Notes under the pieces: model-generated | Told to the model about the DNA's origin: nothing | The model's input: the letters and a program-made list of their open reading frames with translations, nothing else | Databases searched by the model: none | Position numbers and translations under genes: made by a program | Assembly: GCA_965226885.1 (NCBI GenBank) | Contig: CBDDEL010000016.1 | Location: forward strand, 108,513 to 172,512 | Length of the DNA stretch: 64,000 nucleotides | Source: Opitutales bacterium | GTDB lineage: Bacteria; Verrucomicrobiota; Verrucomicrobiia; Opitutales; UBA2987 | Reading direction: 5' to 3' | Shown: piece by piece, positions 8,690 to 17,502 of the stretch | How the letters are laid out: each line of letters starts with the position of its first letter | Position numbering within the stretch: position 1 is the stretch's first letter

Positions 8690-10161
8690 TGGGAACCTCC
8701 CATCAAAAGCGCCAAATTTAAAATAATTTCGGGAAACAGAAAAAGGGCCAGGCATCCCAGGGCGGTTGCCGTTAGCGGGATCACGCAGGCAGCGGGCGCT
8801 TCCCGCAGGTCTATCTTCATTATTCCGTTTTCCGGCGGTAAATAAAATGCCCTCACTGCAATGGGCAATAGGTAGGCGATGTTGAGCAGAGTGCTGACGG
8901 CAAAAACCAGGGCCAGATAAATGTTACCCGATTCTATCGATCCCAAAAAGAGGAACCATTTGCTCCAGGCTCCGCCCAACGGCGGCAGCCCGATGATGCT
9001 GAAAGCGCCCAAAAGATAGGCCGACATGGTAAACGGCATGTTCCACCCGATGCCGTTCAATTGGCTGACGTATTTTTTGCCGCTGGCCACGAAAATGGCT
9101 CCGGCACAGAAAAAAAGCGTTATTTTACCCATTGCGTGCATGGCGATATGCATGATGCTACCGGTCAGGGCGCTTCCCGAAATCATAGCCGCTCCCAAAA
9201 CAATATACGACAACTGGCTGATGGTTGAAAAAGCCAGGCGGCGTTTCAGATTGTCTTGGGTCAGGGCGATGAGGGAAGCGGTTAAAAGCGTTATGGCAGC
9301 CAGCCACACGATAACGTCGGCAGCGGCCACTCTACCTAGAAAATCGATTCCGAAAACACCCGTAAAAACCCTTAATACGCAAAAAACACCGACTTTCACC
9401 ACGGCCACGGCATGAAGCAGGGCGCTGACCGGTGTTGGCGCCACCATGGCGGCCGGCAGCCAGGAATGAAAGGGCATCAAACCGGCTTTGGAAAAACCGA
9501 AGACAAACATAACCAGCAATACAGTAGCTTCCACGCCGGTCACATTTCCGGCCAAAAAACCGCCGGAAGCAAAGTCCATGGAGCCGCCCGACTTGAGGTA
9601 GGAATAAATCATGGCTGGCAACGCGAAGGCCACCGATGTGCCCAGCAGATAAGTCAGGTAGGTGCGCCCTCCACTACGGGCTTCCTTGTCCTGATGATGC
9701 GTTACGAGGGGATAAGTTGACAGCGACAAGAGCTCGTAAAAAAGGTACATGGTCAGCAGATTGGCGGAAAACGCCACACCCAGAGTGGCCGACAGGGCGA
9801 CCGCGAAAAAGACGAAAAAACGCGTTTGCGAATGTTCCTTCAGTTTCCTCATATAGCCGGTCGAATATACGGAAGTGGCTATCCACAGAGTAGAGGCCAC
9901 CAAGGCAAAAAGCATGCCCAAACCATCCACCCGAAAAGCCAGCGCGAGGCCGGGAAGGATTTCCCAAAGGGTCCATTCGATAACTTTCCCCTCCAGGATA
10001 ATAGGCAGCATGGACAGAACGATTCCCAGCTTGATAAACCCTGCCAGGAAGGTCCACCCCTCGCGTAAGTTGGGTTGTCGCCGGGACATGAGGATGGGGA
10101 CGACGGCCAGGAGTGAAACCGAACAGGCGATCAGGGGCTTGCTGCTGATGACGACTTCCAT
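8686..10161 (-). CDS. mnhD: Mrp/Mnh antiporter subunit D-like (NuoM/N family)
   Basis: 491 aa; MPFHSWLPAAMVAPTPVSALLHA. Confidence 0.85.
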   Translation of the reverse strand: MEVVISSKPLIACSVSLLAVVPILMSRRQPNLREGWTFLAGFIKLGIVLSMLPIILEGKVIEWTLWEILPGLALAFRVDGLGMLFALVASTLWIATSVYSTGYMRKLKEHSQTRFFVFFAVALSATLGVAFSANLLTMYLFYELLSLSTYPLVTHHQDKEARSGGRTYLTYLLGTSVAFALPAMIYSYLKSGGSMDFASGGFLAGNVTGVEATVLLVMFVFGFSKAGLMPFHSWLPAAMVAPTPVSALLHAVAVVKVGVFCVLRVFTGVFGIDFLGRVAAADVIVWLAAITLLTASLIALTQDNLKRRLAFSTISQLSYIVLGAAMISGSALTGSIMHIAMHAMGKITLFFCAGAIFVASGKKYVSQLNGIGWNMPFTMSAYLLGAFSIIGLPPLGGAWSKWFLFLGSIESGNIYLALVFAVSTLLNIAYLLPIAVRAFYLPPENGIMKIDLREAPAACVIPLTATALGCLALFLFPEIILNLALLMGGSQ

Positions 10162-10162
10162 T

Positions 10163-11677
10163 TTAACCGATAAAACCGAAAGGGCCGAACGTGCTGACGG
10201 CCTGGCGTATGAGCAGGACGATTTCCCGATTGAAGATGCCGATGAGCAAGAGACAGGTGGCCGAAATTAACACCGGGCCCAACATGGTTGCGGGCGGCTC
10301 CCCTGCCCCACCCGGCGTTTCCACTTCCGCCGTTTCTTCATGGGAACCGGATTTTGAAAAATAGGCCACTTCGAAAATACGGAAGAAGAGAATCGCATTG
10401 ATCAGGCTGGAAAATAGCAGCGCAACAACATAACCCCAATGGCCGGCCTCAATGGCCCCGCTGATGAGGTACCATTTGCTAAAAAAGCCGCAAGTGGGCG
10501 GAATGCCGATCATGGAGAGCCCGGCGATGACAAACCCTCCCATCGTCCAGGGCATTTTTCTAAACAATCCATCCATTTCCGGAATCGTAGATTTGCCCGT
10601 TTTGTAAATGATCGCGCTGGCCGCCAAAAAGAGGCACAGGGTCATAAAGGCGTCACTGACGACATGATAAAAAGCCCCCACTAGTGCGGTTTCGTTGGCC
10701 AGCCAGACGCCCCCCACCATGTAACCGACTTCAGCGACAATGAGATAGGATAACATCTTTTTGAGATTGGTCTGGGCCAGGGCCAAAATGGAGCCCGCCA
10801 CGATGGCCAGAACCGCCATCCAGACCACCTCCTGGCTCCAGCCCAGGTAAACGAAAACATACCCCGGACCGAAAACCGTCATCATCATCCGGATCATCAC
10901 ATAGATAGTCACTTTGGTCACCAAGGGGGCCAGGACGCAGCTGGTGGAGGACGGAGCGTAGGCGTAGGCATTGGGTAGCCAGCCGTGCAACGGGAAAAAA
11001 GCCATTTTTATCCACACTCCGACAAGGATCAGCATAAAGGCCACGATGATTGTTTTCGAGCCATAGAGATCTGACTGGCTCAGAATCTCCCCTATATCCA
11101 CCATGTTCAGGGAACCGGTTTGGATGTAGAGATAACCCACCCCAAGCAGGTAAAAAGAGGCCCCTATGGTGCCCATGATGATATAATTGAAGCTGGCTAA
11201 AACCGCGCGTCTGGAACTCATTGCGATCAGGGCATAACTGGTCAAAGAAGAAACCTCCAGCAGCACGTAGAGATTGAAAGCGTCGCCGGTTAAACTCATT
11301 CCCTGCAAACCAGTAATGAGAAGCAGGAAGAGGGTGTAAAACTGGGGGCATTTATCGGGAGTTTCGGCAGCGGCGGCCCGGATCGAATAGATGGCAGTTA
11401 AAAGTGAAACCGCGTTCACTACGACTAAAAGGATAGCGTTCAGTGCGTCGATTCGAAATTCGATACCGAATGGTCTCTCCCACCCCCCCAATCTATAAAC
11501 CACTTCCCCACCCTCGGCCACCTGCCCGAGAAGCGAAATGGACAGGACCAGTGAGATACTCAAGGCGAATAAAGTCAGGGGCAGGCAAAGCACTGTCTTC
11601 CAACTGCCCAGGAGGGAGACCGCTATGGCCGCTAAAAATGGCGCCAGAAGGATTAGGACGGGGTATTGGTCAGCCAT
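10163..11677 (-). CDS. mnhD: Mrp/Mnh antiporter subunit D-like (NuoM/N family)
   Basis: 504 aa; FFPLHGWLPNAYAYAPSSTSCVLAPLVTK. Confidence 0.85.
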   Translation of the reverse strand: MADQYPVLILLAPFLAAIAVSLLGSWKTVLCLPLTLFALSISLVLSISLLGQVAEGGEVVYRLGGWERPFGIEFRIDALNAILLVVVNAVSLLTAIYSIRAAAAETPDKCPQFYTLFLLLITGLQGMSLTGDAFNLYVLLEVSSLTSYALIAMSSRRAVLASFNYIIMGTIGASFYLLGVGYLYIQTGSLNMVDIGEILSQSDLYGSKTIIVAFMLILVGVWIKMAFFPLHGWLPNAYAYAPSSTSCVLAPLVTKVTIYVMIRMMMTVFGPGYVFVYLGWSQEVVWMAVLAIVAGSILALAQTNLKKMLSYLIVAEVGYMVGGVWLANETALVGAFYHVVSDAFMTLCLFLAASAIIYKTGKSTIPEMDGLFRKMPWTMGGFVIAGLSMIGIPPTCGFFSKWYLISGAIEAGHWGYVVALLFSSLINAILFFRIFEVAYFSKSGSHEETAEVETPGGAGEPPATMLGPVLISATCLLLIGIFNREIVLLIRQAVSTFGPFGFIG

Positions 11678-12104
11678 CGTCCGGGTTTATTTTCGCCAGT
11701 ATCTCCGGTTCTTCAATGGAGCCGAATTCCTGGTTTAATTTTTGCACCATGGCCAGGCCGACCCCCAACGTAGCCACCCCGACCACGATGGCAGTAAGCA
11801 TCAATACATGCGGTAGCGGATTGGCGTAATTTTCCGCCCTGATATCCTCACCATGCTGCTTTTCCGCAGTGGTTTCTGCATGGACGGCGGCAGAGGAAAC
11901 CCCATGCTCGAGAATTGGAATATTGGAACCTTCCTTTACCCCTATGGAAACATAAAATAAAATGATGGCGGTTTGAAAAATAGACATCCCGATCAGTTTT
12001 TTTATGAGGTTTTTTTTCGAAATCATGGCAAACAGGCCTATCATCATGAGGATGATATAAATCCAGTAATTGAGGCGCGAAACTATGAAATCCATAACAG
12101 TCAT
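11670..12104 (-). CDS. mnhC: Mrp/Mnh antiporter subunit C (NuoK-like)
   Basis: 144 aa; LIGMSIFQTAIILFYVSIG; 8-bp overlap with next gene. Confidence 0.75.
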   Translation of the reverse strand: MTVMDFIVSRLNYWIYIILMMIGLFAMISKKNLIKKLIGMSIFQTAIILFYVSIGVKEGSNIPILEHGVSSAAVHAETTAEKQHGEDIRAENYANPLPHVLMLTAIVVGVATLGVGLAMVQKLNQEFGSIEEPEILAKINPDDG

Positions 12105-12108
12105 GATT

Positions 12109-12864
12109 TCACAGACCCCCTTTCAAGCGCCCACCGGAAGAGAGATTGGCATAGATGGCAAACATCATGGCGGCAACCGTAAAGCCCACTCCTATTTCCA
12201 CCCCCATTATCCCATGAGAACGCGCCTCTATGGCATTTCCCGGCAATACCGCGTCAAGGGCTGAATAATCGAGAAAATTGCCTCCCAGCAAAATACAAAT
12301 CAACCCGATACCCGCATAAATCAAAATGCCCGTTCCGCCCAAAATGACCGCCATTTTAACGGATACGCGATCCAGCGCGGTCTGCAATTGAAATGACAAA
12401 GACAGCAAAATGAGGCTGGCCCCGAAAATGACTCCCCCCTGGAACCCTCCCCCCGGGCTGTGATGCCCGTGAGCGATGACATAGAAGGCAAATAATTGTA
12501 TGACCGGAACCAACAGCCGGCACGTTTGTGCCAGAACCAGGTTCGACTCACTTAAACTCTTTTCAGTGGCCCCCCGCAGACGCACCCGCTTGTCAACCGG
12601 GCCGCGCAGAATTGCTATGATGGCGATCCCGGCGGTAAAAATGACCACGGTTTCAAAAAGAGTGTCGTATCCGCGGTAATCGGCCAGGATGGCCGTCACC
12701 ATGTTGGGGACGGAAGTTTCCGTAAAGGTGTCCTCGATATAATGCCGGGAAACCCGATACTGGTTGGCTGGCGAATGGGGGTCGCCCCAGGTCGGAAAAT
12801 CCTCCGAGGCATAAAATAGCAAAGCACCGGTCATTATGACGGCTATGGCTCCCAGCGCTTTCAA
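12109..12864 (-). CDS. mnhB: Mrp/Mnh antiporter subunit B
   Basis: 251 aa; NMVTAILADYRGYDTLFETVVIFTAGIAI. Confidence 0.8.
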   Translation of the reverse strand: MKALGAIAVIMTGALLFYASEDFPTWGDPHSPANQYRVSRHYIEDTFTETSVPNMVTAILADYRGYDTLFETVVIFTAGIAIIAILRGPVDKRVRLRGATEKSLSESNLVLAQTCRLLVPVIQLFAFYVIAHGHHSPGGGFQGGVIFGASLILLSLSFQLQTALDRVSVKMAVILGGTGILIYAGIGLICILLGGNFLDYSALDAVLPGNAIEARSHGIMGVEIGVGFTVAAMMFAIYANLSSGGRLKGGL

Positions 12865-13106
12865 TCCGATGACTTTCTCTTGGTGTTGTAGATTGTCGAG
12901 ATGAGGAACATGGTGCTGGCTCCGGCCCCCACAGCAGCTTCCGTAAAAGCTACGTCAACGGCCGCCATTTCAGCCCACAGCAGACACATTAGAAAGCTGT
13001 AAACTCCAAAAATCATGGACGCGCTGAGCAAATCCGTCGAACGCAATGCAAGACAGGCGGCAATGAGCAAAAAGCCCAGAATTATCAAATCGAATTGCCA
13101 GATCAT
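12861..13106 (-). CDS. MnhB N-terminal-like / MbhD-like small subunit
   Basis: 81 aa, 3 TM; VDVAFTEAAVGAGAS; 4-bp overlaps on both sides. Confidence 0.6.
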   Translation of the reverse strand: MIWQFDLIILGFLLIAACLALRSTDLLSASMIFGVYSFLMCLLWAEMAAVDVAFTEAAVGAGASTMFLISTIYNTKRKSSD

Positions 13107-13453
13107 GTTTTCTCCTTGGTCGAAGGGGGTTTTTTATGTGCCCGCGCGGGTGAAAAACTCTGGCGTTGGTAACCGGCATGCATGAGGGCGTGGCTGCTGG
13201 TCGGGCCGGTCAGGGAAATAAACGCGATTATGAAGAATATTTTTCCCACCACCAGCAGGTTGGGCCAGGATAGATCATGCAGTTGGTAAACTGCAAAAGC
13301 AGTCAGCAGGCAAATGGTGGACAGGGTGTCGCTTATGCCCGCCGCGTGCACTCTGGAGTAAAAATCGGGAAAACGCAAAACCCCCATGACGGCGCCAAAA
13401 AATATGACTATCCCGATGGTGAGCAAAAAGCCGCAGACAATATTCAATATCAT
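13103..13453 (-). CDS. mnhG: Mrp/Mnh antiporter subunit G
   Basis: VLRFPDFYSRVHAAGISDTLS. Confidence 0.85.
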   Translation of the reverse strand: MILNIVCGFLLTIGIVIFFGAVMGVLRFPDFYSRVHAAGISDTLSTICLLTAFAVYQLHDLSWPNLLVVGKIFFIIAFISLTGPTSSHALMHAGYQRQSFSPARAHKKPPSTKEKT

Positions 13454-13755
13454 ACCCGATCCACCTCCGTGACAACAATTTTAGTGTACCTTAACGGTTT
13501 CGTGCGCAAAAGATAACGGGCCGCAGCGAGAGAACCGATAAAATTCAGTAAGGCGTAAGTTAATGCAAAATCGACAAACATGCTCACCCGTCCGAAGATA
13601 ATGCCAATAATAATGAGAAGGACGGTCGTTTGCGTTCCCAGAATATTGGCGGCTACTATGCGATCGATTGCAGTCGGTCCTATGATCAGACGCACTAGAA
13701 TTAACAGCATGAGGAGGAATAAAAGGATTCCGCAGTTCAAAAACACATCTTCCAT
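13450..13755 (-). CDS. mnhF: Mrp/Mnh antiporter subunit F
   Basis: IGPTAIDRIVAANILGTQTTVLL. Confidence 0.8.
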   Translation of the reverse strand: MEDVFLNCGILLFLLMLLILVRLIIGPTAIDRIVAANILGTQTTVLLIIIGIIFGRVSMFVDFALTYALLNFIGSLAAARYLLRTKPLRYTKIVVTEVDRV

Positions 13756-13758
13756 CTT

Positions 13759-14250
13759 TTACCTTTCAGACCTTTCAAAAACTTCGGCAATGCGCCGTTC
13801 CATTTCGCCATCCAAAGAAGCGGCTGCCTTTCGGCTGATGGCATGAACATACAATGTATCATCAACCACATTCAAAGTCACCGTCCCGGGAGTGAGGGTG
13901 ATAGAATTGGCCAGAACGAATCGGGCATAGTTGGACCGCAGGGTGGTTTTGAGCCGAATGATGGTCGGTTCGATTTCGGCAATACTTTTTGGCCAAAGAG
14001 CCAATTTGAGTATATGAAGATTGGACAAGAATATCTGATAAAGGAGCCAGACCAAATAACGGCAAAACCCAAACAACTGCCTGATACGAGCCCCAAACCC
14101 GATAGTGCGGTCGGTGAAATACAGATCTGAAGAAAAATAAGTTACGAAACTGGCCGAAAATACTCCCAGCGTGAGGTGGAACAGGTCGAATTTTCCTGAA
14201 AAAATGATCCAGACCCCAAAAAGAAGGATAAAGACTAAGATAGGATACAT
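13759..14250 (-). CDS. mnhE: Mrp/Mnh antiporter subunit E
   Basis: FGVWIIFSGKFDLFHLTLGV, ANSITLTPGTVTL. Confidence 0.8.
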   Translation of the reverse strand: MYPILVFILLFGVWIIFSGKFDLFHLTLGVFSASFVTYFSSDLYFTDRTIGFGARIRQLFGFCRYLVWLLYQIFLSNLHILKLALWPKSIAEIEPTIIRLKTTLRSNYARFVLANSITLTPGTVTLNVVDDTLYVHAISRKAAASLDGEMERRIAEVFERSER

Positions 14251-14451
14251 AAAAAATTTGAATACAATAAATTACGACAGGAGGCTCCTCAGCGCGAAAA
14301 TGTTGTCAAGTCACGTCATGAAACATCCGTCCAGCCCAATCGGACCGTTAATCGGCTACCAAAAAGGACTGCATCGATGTTTTCAAGTCTTTCCTGAATT
14401 TTTAATGAGAGGAAAGGCTTTCGTTGATGCAAAGGAGTGGTTGGAGGCAAT

Positions 14452-15018
14452 TCAGTTAACCGAGGGATCGTCTGGAGCCTCCGCCAATAATTTCATATCA
14501 GGAAGAATTTTCAACAGTATGTTTTTCCAAAGTTCCTTTCCCATTGAATTTTGCAAAGCATGCCCGTCAATCGGGCTTACCACCCAGGCGTCCTGTTCTA
14601 CTTCGCTTTCGATCTGTCCGCGGGTCCAGTCCGCATAGCCAAGAAAACCGCGCACCACCAAATCCGGCTCATTGGCCAGCATAACCTGAGCCTTGTCCGT
14701 GGATATCCCGAAATACAGCGTGAAGACGCCCGTTTCTTCCACCCATTTCCAGGCTGCCAATATCAAATTCTGCCGGCTCACCGGCCCTCCATTGAAAACG
14801 GGAACCTCCGACAAAGGACTATAGGCAAACTCTGCTTTCAACTCGCCCAGGGACTTTCCCATTGGCCGGTTGATGACCACCCCGAGCGCCCCTTCATCAT
14901 CGGAATGGGCGGAAATCAAGACCACCGTTTTATTAAAATTAGGGTCCAGTAATCCCGGATGCGAAATCAGGAGCGATCCGGATAAATTCTCTGATGTCTC
15001 ACTTTGGTCTCTCATCAC
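14452..15018 (-). CDS. yqgE: YqgE/AlgH family protein (UPF0301)
   Basis: LLISHPGLLDPNFNKTVVLISAHSDDEGALGVVINRP. Confidence 0.85.
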   Translation of the reverse strand: MMRDQSETSENLSGSLLISHPGLLDPNFNKTVVLISAHSDDEGALGVVINRPMGKSLGELKAEFAYSPLSEVPVFNGGPVSRQNLILAAWKWVEETGVFTLYFGISTDKAQVMLANEPDLVVRGFLGYADWTRGQIESEVEQDAWVVSPIDGHALQNSMGKELWKNILLKILPDMKLLAEAPDDPSVN

Positions 15019-15527
15019 AACTGGCTAAGGGATATGCCCGATTCGATCAGAATTTCCATTGCAATTGAATCATTTTTATAATCGCAGTGGTAAATAATTT
15101 CCTGGATTCCTGCCGAAATGAGGATTTTTGTGCAATTGATACAGGGAAAATGAGTCAGGTAGGCCGTCGACCCTTGCAGACTGATCCCCCGCCGAGCCGC
15201 ATCGGCGACGGCATTTTGTTCGGCATGGACGGTGGCCTGCTCATGGCCGTCGCGTACCCGCGAATGATGCGGCGCCCCCGGCAGAAACCCATTATAACCG
15301 GCCGCGATGATCCGGTTTTTATGATTGCCCCCGCTGACCAGCACACAACCCACATGCAGTCTCTGGCAACTGGAGCGCGAGGAAATAAGGAGCGCCGTGG
15401 CCATGAAATATTCTCCCCACGATGGCCTTACCTTCCAGTTCTCCACCACTTCGCTGAGTTGCCGGATATGGTCAGGTTCGTCAGAGGCGAATTTTTTATT
15501 GGCCGCCGCCATCGTCATTTCACTCAT
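15015..15527 (-). CDS. dCMP (deoxycytidylate) deaminase
   Basis: VHAEQNAVADA and HFPCINCTKILISAGI zinc motifs; start set at MSEMT, could be 15563; 4-bp overlap with yqgE. Confidence 0.85.
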   Translation of the reverse strand: MSEMTMAAANKKFASDEPDHIRQLSEVVENWKVRPSWGEYFMATALLISSRSSCQRLHVGCVLVSGGNHKNRIIAAGYNGFLPGAPHHSRVRDGHEQATVHAEQNAVADAARRGISLQGSTAYLTHFPCINCTKILISAGIQEIIYHCDYKNDSIAMEILIESGISLSQL

Positions 15528-15661
15528 ATGAAAACAGATTAAATAAAAACCCAAGACCCGCAATACAGAAATCTTATGCGGCCAATGTGTGCCAAGGCAT
15601 TGAAAATCAAATGTTTTTGTTTACTTCGCCATTAAAACAGGCTAAGGAACAGGTTAATATA

Positions 15662-17464
15662 GAGGCTGTCCCAAAAATATAAAGATTTTATAGTCAACTG
15701 GATGACGTTGATAAAAAGAGCCGGAAAGAGCAAGTTTTTGCTCGATCCGGCCAAAAAAGGGTTCTATAATTGAGTTAGCGAAAATCAATATAGCCCTTTC
15801 TATGTCTATGAAAAATATAGCCATCCAATGCCTCCTGCGTCCAGCTTTAACTGTGGTCGACCGGTGCCTCGATTACGATAACTTCCGCGCCACCATTGAT
15901 CGAATCGGAGGTGGAATCGCAGGCCATTGAGCTGGCCTTGGAGGGGTGGCCGCCAATGGGTCTAAAGGCCCGGCGGCAGCGGGCCAGTTTTGCCATCAAG
16001 GCACTGCGCATGGATACGCTGGGCCGTCTGCTCGGAGGGATTTCGTTTCGGCATTTGTCGCGGGCTCTGGGCAGCAGCGATCTGTTGGCCGACTTTTGCC
16101 GTGTCCGGCAGATCGATGGCATCAGGGGCATCTCCAAAAGCACCCTGGAGCGGGCCTCGAAGTTTTTCAGCGAAGAGCAGTTGAGGGCCTTGCACCGGAC
16201 CTTGACTGAGGTGGTGGGCGATGCCCTTCTGGCCCGGCAGGTGGGATTGGACAAGCCGATTGACACCACCATTTGCCTGATCGACGGCACCTGTTTGGAG
16301 GCTAACATTCATTGGCCGACGGACTGGGTATTACTCAAGGATGTAGCCGGCACGTTGCTCAAAGCGATCCGGCTGATCCGCGAGAAGGCCGGTGTGCGCC
16401 ATCGCATGCCGATCGAACCGGAGTCCTTGGCTCGGCAGATGAATCGGCTGTGCATACAGATGACCCACAGCCGGCGGCGAAAGGACAGCGCGCGGCAGCG
16501 CAAGGGTATCTTGAGGCAGATGAAAAAGCTGCTCAAACGGATCGGGGAGCATGCCCGCAGTCACCGGGAATTATTGCAAGCCTGCTGGGAGCAAAGCGAT
16601 TACAGCGAAAAACAGGTCCAACAGATCCTCGCCCGGATGGAGCGCATGAGCGAGCAAATCCCGGTGGTCATCAAACAGGCGCACGAGCGGATCATTGGCG
16701 GCCGCCAGGTGAAAAACGCAGAGAAAGTCTTGAGTGTTTACGAACTCGATGTGCAGGTGATTGTGCGAGGTAAAGCGGGCCAAGAGGTCGAGTTCGGCAA
16801 CACCCTGTTTCTGGGAGAAAGCGTTGAAGGGTACCTGCTGGACTGGAAACTCTACGGCAGCCGAACTCCAAGCGAAAATGAACAAATGCAAGAGAGTTTG
16901 CAAAGACAGAACCGCTTCAACCTGGAAGAACCCATAGCGGCCATGTGCGCGGACCGGGGATTTGCCTCCCAGCGGGCCCGCCGGCAGTTAGCCCAGGAGG
17001 GAATCTACGACGCGCTCTGTCCACGCGATCCGAAGCAGTTGAAAAAACGGATGGAGGAACCACTGTTCAGGCAATTGCAAAAGCGCCGGGCCAGCACCGA
17101 AGGGCGGATCGGGGTATTGAAGAATCGCTGGCAGGCCGGGCGGTTGCGCAGCAAAGGCTTTGCCAACCGCTCGATCAGCGTAGCCTGGTCGGTACTCTCG
17201 CACAACCTATGGAAAGTAGCCAAGATGCTGGCCCAGCAAGACGAACTAAAAACCAAAGCGGCGGCCTAGAGAGCGGAAAAGCAAGGACAATACTTTTTCA
17301 CAGCCTTACTGTCGGCTCATACAAAGAAAACCAGGCAACCGGACCCCAAAACCAGTATCCTATCGTCATAGGAGAGCAAAGTTGATACTCTCCCAAATGC
17401 AAATACCTCTAAAATGAGCGCCTATCAAAAGCCCTCGCAAAAATCACCCTTTTGGGACAGCCTC
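15662..17464 (+). mobile_element. IS5-like element copy C (decayed)
   Basis: Terminal IRs GAGGCTGTCCCAAAA / inverted; TAATATA direct repeats at 15655-15661 and 17465-17471. Confidence 0.85.
15802..17269 (+). pseudogene. IS5-like transposase, frameshifted (20-bp deletion, 6-bp duplication)
   Basis: Relative to copy A: TCTATG duplicated at 15799-15810; ATCGGCTGCTGATCGACTCG missing at about 15907, shifting frame after codon about 35. Confidence 0.85.
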
Positions 17465-17502
17465 TAATATACGGATAATATTTCTGCTAACTTTTTCGCG
17501 CC

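Noticed and set aside
14279-14309. AGGAG-N-CTCCT palindrome and a minus-strand TTGACA upstream of mnhE as operator/promoter
   Set aside because: There is no acceptable -10 at the right spacing, and the palindrome arms are only 5 bp. This is too weak to call.
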